A DNA stretch of 64,000 bases from positions 27,062 to 91,061 of the forward strand of contig NIVC01002743.1 in the NCBI GenBank assembly GCA_002269645.1, given 5' to 3'. The notes under the pieces were generated by a model. It worked only from the letters and a program-made list of their open reading frames with translations, searched no databases and was not told the origin of the DNA. This document shows, in pieces, positions 57,142 to 64,000 of the stretch. This stretch comes from Macrostomum lignano (taxonomy: Eukaryota). A program made the position numbers and the translations under genes. Each line of letters opens with the position of its first letter. The first letter of the stretch is position 1.

Positions 57142-59559
57142 CATTTACTTTGACCGGAGAAAGCTGCACTTTTCGAACTAAATGTCTTTTTTGTTTTTTT
57201 GCTGTTTTTAACTGTAAACAATTTACGGATTAAAAATGGAATTATCCCGATTGAACAGCACGTGACACCTCTCAGTGACAGTAGATTTCAAAGAAATTGC
57301 GTAACAATCTCGATTTTGAGAACAAGTTTCCATGTCAACTATTCAGTTTTCTTATATATGTAAATTTATTGTGTAACATTTATGCTGGCCGCTGTTACCT
57401 GCCTACTTTGAGCTTTTACTTTTTCATTGAGGACAATTTTAAAAGATTTAATTTCGCAAATATACTATTATATGCAGGTTCGTGCCTTGAGCAGATGCGA
57501 AAGGTTTCTAGATTTTTCACAATAAAGGATACGCAGATTTTGTATTTGCCTAGCTTGGCTCTGATCTCAGAGATCCGATTGTTTTTGCTTTCGCTGCATT
57601 GCACTGCAGTATGCAAACTGCTATGCGTGTTCTTTTAGTGAATCTTGTATAATAAAATGTTATTATTGCAAGCGATTATGGTTTATCTGTGTTAAATGAA
57701 TAATTATTGATGTTGTATAGTTATTTATTAGCCTTGCACTCTTGTCACTCACTCAGCGCATCAAAGGGACTGAGCAATAAACGGGCATACTGAATACAAA
57801 TATCTTTTTTGAGTTTGGATGCAATTTCATCTGTTATTAAAACGTTTTTTTCAGATTAGCTAAATATTCAATTTTGGACCGTCAGCGTTTGTCTTCTAAA
57901 AGTGCATGTTTTTTTTAAAAGAATGATATGAGTCATGCAAACTCATACGTATAGGCTACGGTCAGACGCTATGAGCAGTATAAGATTCACTTCTCCACGC
58001 TGGAAGGTTCAATAGGCCCCCACGTGTCGCCACTCGCCGCGCAAATGTACACAGTCTGGGTGTGGCACGAGAATCTCTTCCCACTAGCTGGGCGGCTTTA
58101 GTTCCAAAGTGTACACCCAGCAGGGCGATTCTATACGCAAGACCAGAGAGTCTAAAATTAGCACTGGCGAAGAATGACGAATGTTAAAACTGCAGTAATA
58201 ATAGTGCATTCATTCAATGCCAACTCTGCATGCATGCCGAAACTAGCGGGGGTATAGTATAGGCCAATGCTGCTAAACGATGACCGGCTGTGGCGCAATT
58301 GCCAATCAGTCAATACGAGAGTTGCAGTGCATGACTTTTTAGAGATTTTTCAGAATGAAGTAGAAAGATCGACGCTTAGACTCGGTTTTCATAGAAATGA
58401 TCTGAAGGCCGGTAAAGGAATGTATATTTGTCGTATCGCTGGTGCATTTCACAACCCGCTAATTTTTTGCACTCACTTTCCTAAACGCAAACTTCACAAC
58501 CACGAAACTTTACAACCGATAAAATGTCACCTACTTTCACAACCTACTTTAAGTGGCATTTAGCGGTTGTGAAATTTCGCGTTTGTGAACCCCCGCCCCC
58601 ACTAAATGTACTGGTGGTTTAACGAACAAGTTATCTAACAATTCACTCGTGGCTGCAGCACGAAAATTCCGGGGTTCAGACCATAGACTGTAGCCTCTGC
58701 TGCTCTCAAGCATTAGCAGCAGCAGCTGGTGTCGGTGGCCCCAACCCCAGGCCAGTCGTTCCTTACTGAACTCCAGAATATTTTTAAGAATATCGAGCTA
58801 TGTTAGCGTCCTACTACTGTACTTCTGCTGTCCATGAAACAACTGCATATGAAACGCTACGGTACTGCTAGGCCGAAAATTTCTTGATAAAATGTACAGA
58901 AAACTCGTTTTATTAAACTGTGAGCCAATTGGGCTTCTGTTGGAACTATAAAAAATTTGTTAACCATACGGGTACCTTTACGTATTTGTATATTCTAGTA
59001 TTATAATTATGATAGCAGATAGTATATATTGTACGAGCTAATGTACAAAAGTTAAGCAAGAGTTCCCATTCAATTGAAGGGCATCACTTCGATTGAAGAG
59101 CTCCAGTGTCACGGCTACAGGGGGCGGCCTCCCTGCCCTCGCCCCACGGCTATTTGCCAAACTCTTTAGGCAGAGGAATGACGCATGACTTGCTTAACTC
59201 CCATGCAGCTTGTACGAGTATGCCACGATACAATGTTTGAATAGATTTGAGTAGCACAATATTCAACTCACGTTTAACATAGCCATCTCAAGTGCATAAA
59301 ATTCAGTTTATCTGCCAAAATATCGCCAAGTCAAATGCAAGTTAGCCAATCAGAGCGCTTCTCAACATTGCAGAGCAACTGGACAAAAAAGAAAATTCAG
59401 AGTCTGCTACTACTTGAAATGATTATAATGCACTTAACTTGGTCTTTTGGTAACTCTGAATTGACCATTTTCAACTTGACAAGAAAAACCCATAGTTGGA
59501 GGCAGGGGCTGTAAATTCCGCCGACTCCCCTGAGCAGCACACAAGCGCGCGGATACGTA

Positions 59560-59789
59560 CGCAGTCACACGCACAGGCACACACTCACACAGGAGTGTAC
59601 AGCGGCCCTGACTTTATTTATCGTTAGGCATGTACACTTCACTGTGCCTTGGGGGTTGGCCCTCAAGGCCGTTAATTGCACGAGCAGAGCCAAGCCGAGA
59701 TTCCAGTTTAGCCTCAAATTAATGTGACTGGACTTGGAATCGAGCCCGGGCCGCTGGCACATGAGAACGCCGCGCTAGACCACTAGGAA
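59560..59789 (-). mobile_element. tRNA-Glu(CTC)-derived SINE-like element or tRNA pseudogene
   Basis: Minus strand reads TTCCTAGTGGTCTAG-CGCGGCGTTCTCATGTGCCAGCGGCCCGGGCTCGATTCC. This resembles eukaryotic tRNA-Glu (A box, CTC anticodon context, GCGGCCCGGGTTCGATTCC T-arm) with ~10 nt of the D-arm missing. A ~170-nt body follows, with ATAAATAAA and a GT-rich end. Confidence 0.55.
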
Positions 59790-60299
59790 TTAGAATCCTT
59801 TTAATTCTGCATGTTGACCTCGACAGATCTCCACAATGCACCACCAACAGAAAAATAATGGATTCGGCTCAGTACAAAATGCTAATACAAGATTCGCCGC
59901 ACTCTACTGAAAGTACGATGCAACAGCAAATCAAAGCAGAGCAATCCAAATTGTGCAGAATAAAAACAAAATGAGTTGTAAATTATTAATTTGTTCCCGT
60001 ATATTTTTGTTGCACATAGAGGTGTTGAAATATATCTTTTCCTAACATTAACTTCAATTTATCGTGCAGCAGTTGATCGAATCTGACAGGCCACAGGTAA
60101 TTAATAACTGTGGGAACAGCTCGCAGGAATTACTCTCACTCTAATAGCTGGTGAAATGTCTAATCTATTCATCTGTTTAACCGAAATCGAGCTACTTCAA
60201 AGCGTGACAAAACAAAATAGCCGAGTTCTACTGCATAGCTTACTGTCAGTAGTTTAGCATCGCAATTGCAACTTGACTGCAACTGCTAATTCAGGGCTG

Positions 60300-60653
60300 A
60301 TGACGCTTGCGGAACAGGCCGCTGTAGTACTGCTGGAACAGGTTCTCCGCGCTCTGCCCGCTGCAGCCCGACGGTCCGGCCGGCCGGCACGCCTGCCTGC
60401 CGCCCAGGCCGCGGTAGCCGGACTTGGAGGGCTCCACCGAGCAGCACTGACCGGCCGGGCAGTCCGCGTCCGAGTCGCAGCCGACGCGTTCGCTGCTGCC
60501 CCGGCCGCCGCTGCCTCCGTCGGCGCCTCCGAGGTCGCCAACAATTTCGCCGATGCCGACGCCGCCCTCGCTTCCCAGCTGTGCCTTGTTGGACGTGCAG
60601 CGGCCGTAGGTGGCTGCGACATTGAGGGAGGAGTTTTCACTGTTTACCCCTGA
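60300..60653 (+). CDS. Hypothetical small Ala-rich protein, or terminal exon of an unidentified gene
   Basis: Sharply GC-rich island in AT-rich surroundings. ATG at 60300, 117 codons ending ...LCLVGRAAAVGGCDIEGGVFTVYP*. A CAG acceptor-like site lies just upstream (60292-60294). No family recognised. Confidence 0.45.
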   Translation: MTLAEQAAVVLLEQVLRALPAAARRSGRPARLPAAQAAVAGLGGLHRAALTGRAVRVRVAADAFAAAPAAAASVGASEVANNFADADAALASQLCLVGRAAAVGGCDIEGGVFTVYP

Positions 60654-63299
60654 TGACCATTTGTATCACCTGAACTTCCAGAATAGCAAATGCACGCAGG
60701 GCAAATGCGTTTTGTCTTTGGTTGATTCATGAGTTTATCCAGTTTCAGTGAAAGGCCAGTTTCTCCGACAATGTTAAATGGGATTCTGCCATGGAGGATG
60801 CGGGTCGCGAAAGATTTATGCAAGAAAAATTGTTTACATACAATACAGTTATGGGATAGTGGAACTCCTAGTGCCCCAATTATATTCCTATTTTGTGTTA
60901 GCTAAAAACATTCAACACAACTGAAATACCTTTTCTTTGGGTCCCAACGCTTCCTATTTTTTAAAAATCCTGACAATACTTTAACTTACCTAGCTCTGAT
61001 ATTTTACAGGGTTAAAACAAACTACTAACAGTAGCGTAAATGTCTATCTGCATTCTTTTCCCCATTGTCCTACGGTTTACGAGCGGATGTATCAGCTATG
61101 TGTAGTATTATACCTCGACGAAAGTGCCATTAAAAGCTATTAAAAATCAAGCTATATCCAATTTGTGGTTGGACAAAATCGTAAAGTATGTTTCTTGTCC
61201 TGCAATAGATTTCAGATTAAATCTCTGTACTTCAAAACCTAATACACTCCATTTTTAACACACCGTCATTTTTGTCTCGTATAACATAAGCCCCAGCTGA
61301 ACTTTGAAAACCAGGAAATTTGCTAAAATTTGTGATGCAGGAACGCTTATTATACGAGAGTATTCCTCCACAGGTTCTTACTAAGTATCAACAATAGAAG
61401 TGCCAACAACGGTAACTTCTGGTGGTCCTTGGTTCTATCGGCAATGGTCTCATATCGATGAAAAACAGCAGCTCTATAGAATGCAACTTTGTAGAAGTTT
61501 CCTGAATTTTGCGACTCCCGTAGTTCCTTGTTGACTGCAATTCAGCCGTCTGAGCCGCGACTGCAGTTTTCAAACTCTTCAATTATTAATGAAAAGGAAA
61601 TACAAGGCATTTATAGGCGCTTGTTTGCTTAGAAACTCCGCCTAGGATACAAATTATTCAAACCGTTGAACGAGTCGTGCAGCCATTTCTAGTGCTCAAC
61701 GCAACCCTGCCTGAGGTCCCTGCAGCGGGGAGCAATCAAGGAAAACTCCTCAGTGTCGTCCTGAGCTACTTCTTAACGGCTTCTAGCTTGAGTCCGTGGG
61801 ACAGTCAAAATTGAATGAGCAATTAAAACTGACATAGTAGAAGGCTGAAGAGACATAGGCTGAGAGATAATTAAGCGAAATAAAAAATTCACGGAAGAGG
61901 GCCGGGCCTTTTTTCGGTTGGAAAAGTCGATGGTGGGCCTCACCAGGGAGTGGATGAACGGACGGCAGCCGTGTGCAGCGTGACAAAAACTTATTTCTTG
62001 TCATTTTCAGAGTGGCGAGGCGCAAATGATTGGAATTGATTGACATCCAGGTCAATCAATTTGGTCAGCGGTCGATCATGTCTCCCAGTTGTCTGCTACT
62101 TTTCGTATCGCTTCTGAAGCACTTTTATACTGTAGCTAACACAACCTTAGGCCGTCACAGCAACGCCTGAGATGTGGCTCGATTGTCATTGGACCATTCA
62201 AGGCATCCCAAATCCGTCACAGACGTGTCCCAAATGTAAGTAAACAAAAGCAGAACAGCAGTACAATCGAGGACCAAGCCGTCAAAGTGCCTCCAGAATC
62301 CAATATACTAAAAATAATGAGCCAAGCTCGTCAAAAGTTGACGATCAGCAGTATAGCTGCCACTTTTGTAGATTTTTGCATCCCCAAATCCCAAAGAAAT
62401 TCAATTACCGATTGCAGTCAGCGGACCAAAGAGCTTCTTTAGCCAAAGGAGGATTTACTTTTTCTGGCTCTTTGAGCTGGTTTTGAGTCTCATTTGTTGC
62501 ATTTCGGCAGCAGAAATCGCACACGCACACACACACACACACACACTCAGCAATGGACTCACAGAAGAGAAGGCTGGGTTTTCAATCGGCCTCCGTTTGT
62601 CACGCGCCAACTGACATAAATCTCGTTCAGTTTCATTTCCTTCGCAACTAATAAAGAATCTTATAGTTTGCTGTTGTCACCCCTGACTGGATTAAAATTA
62701 TTGACACTGTTCGTTATGCAAATACATGCACAACAATCAATCAATATACACCAAATCCAGTGTTGGCGAACAGTGGCTCAACATAATTAAGTGGCTCAAC
62801 AATGCGCCAGGCATGCACATTTCAATTATCTGCAATACAAAACAGTCTGCACTTTATGCTCTAAAGCTTGTCCTGCCCTTACTGGCAATTCACTACGCCG
62901 GTCTCTCAGCCTCAGCCTCGGGGCGAAGACCCACAAACGGATTTTCTCTTGTCTATCAGCGGCTACCTACAGTTGATTTATGATTGACCTGCTCGGACCA
63001 CATTTAGGATTGGTTCATTACTGTGCCGCGTGACCAGCAAACTGCTCATTGCTCACAACAGCAAGCCGGCGCGTGAATATGCTAAGCTAATTGATGCATT
63101 TGATTGAAGGCCGATTGGTAATCGTTTTTTTAGACATTTTCGCTTTCGCTCCCTAATCAACCAAATTGGAGCGGCTTTTGCAGCATTCGTAATTTCCCTC
63201 TTAATTTGCCTAAATCATGGCATACCGAATTGATCATTTCCCATTCACATTCACGATAGACACCTCGGCCATTTATAGATATCCCGGTCATGTATAGAA

Positions 63300-63490
63300 A
63301 TCTCTCGGCCATAGACACCTCGGCCACATATACATGTAGACACCTCAACCATAGACACCTCGGCCATGTATATTCATCTCGGCCATAGACATCTCAGCCA
63401 TAGACATCTCAGCCATAGACATCTCAGCCATAGACATCTCAGCCATAGACATCTCAGCCATAGACATCTCAGCCATAGACATCTCGGCCA
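63300..63490. repeat. 15-bp minisatellite AGCCATAGACATCTC
   Basis: About 10 copies, immediately after the exon-2 donor of the knottin-like gene. Confidence 0.92.
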
Positions 63491-63511
63491 AAAGCTCCAA
63501 GACGCACTCAC

Positions 63512-63999
63512 CCTGGCTAGCCTTCTCGCAGGTAAAGTCCTCGCAGCAGGCGTCCTGCGTGAAGCAGATTCCGCCGTCCTTTTCGCACTGAAAGTTTTAT
63601 AGAAATATAGCCTTAATTTCTTACTTTATTTCTTAACGACTAGCAAATCGTGCTATGCCTTCTCGCACTTTATAAATCTTGTTTCTAAGAAACGGTTCTA
63701 AAATAACGTGTCAGAACAAAAAGATTTTTTTCAGCAAATTTAAATTGAAATTTTGAGATAAAACTGCACCGGAAGCTTTTGGGTGAGGAGTGAAGCTGAG
63801 AACTCTGACAGCCCGCATTCACTGAATAGGCGGAGCGCTAGGATGGAAACCATTGATGAGGCATCGGCAGCATGCGGACCTGACTCACTACTGCTCTATC
63901 CTGCTGGTACCGCCTTGCAGCACAGCAAGGCCCACTGCCCTCCATGCGCAGCAACAGTAGTGTGAAAACAATGGACACGCACATAACTTTTGCTAGCAT
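63512..63999 (-). CDS. Secreted cysteine-rich peptide precursor with inhibitor-cystine-knot-like spacing
   Basis: Exon 1 is 63999-63889: MLAKVMCVSIVFTLLLLRMEGSGPCCAARRYQQDRAV (signal peptide-like, donor GTGAGT). Exon 2 is 63587-63512, after TTTCAG: CEKDGGICFTQDACCEDFTCEKASQ, followed by G|GTGAGT. Phase 0 joins correctly. Not in the ORF track because it is spliced. Confidence 0.72.
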
Positions 64000-64000
64000 T

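Noticed and set aside
59118-59532. Possible hAT-like MITE (CAGGGG...CCCCTG)
   Set aside because: Only a 6-bp perfect TIR and no target-site duplication.

Overview
Eukaryotic (metazoan) genomic DNA, not prokaryotic. GC-rich exons with GT-AG introns sit among dense micro- and minisatellites, and there is one 531-N assembly gap (28769-29299). The style suggests a free-living flatworm such as Macrostomum lignano, but that is inference only. Minus-strand genes reconstructed by hand from splice sites and reading phase are a 7-cadherin-repeat protocadherin, an ARM-repeat protein whose 3' part is not found, a DNAJB12/14-type J-protein, the mitochondrial GTPase MTG1, and a small secreted cysteine-knot-like peptide at the right edge. 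The plus strand has an intronless bZIP factor and a short GC-rich ORF. Most long ORFs in the supplied track are translations of tandem repeats. The most notable feature is a ~1.62-kb tandem array (29300-35948). Each unit carries a minimal type I hammerhead ribozyme motif on the minus strand and nested 240-bp subunits with a predicted branched fold, consistent with a Penelope-like or retrozyme-like self-cleaving satellite. Also present are a ~270-bp element tied to (GATA)n tracts, a MITE with an 8-bp target-site duplication, and a tRNA-Glu-derived SINE-like element.
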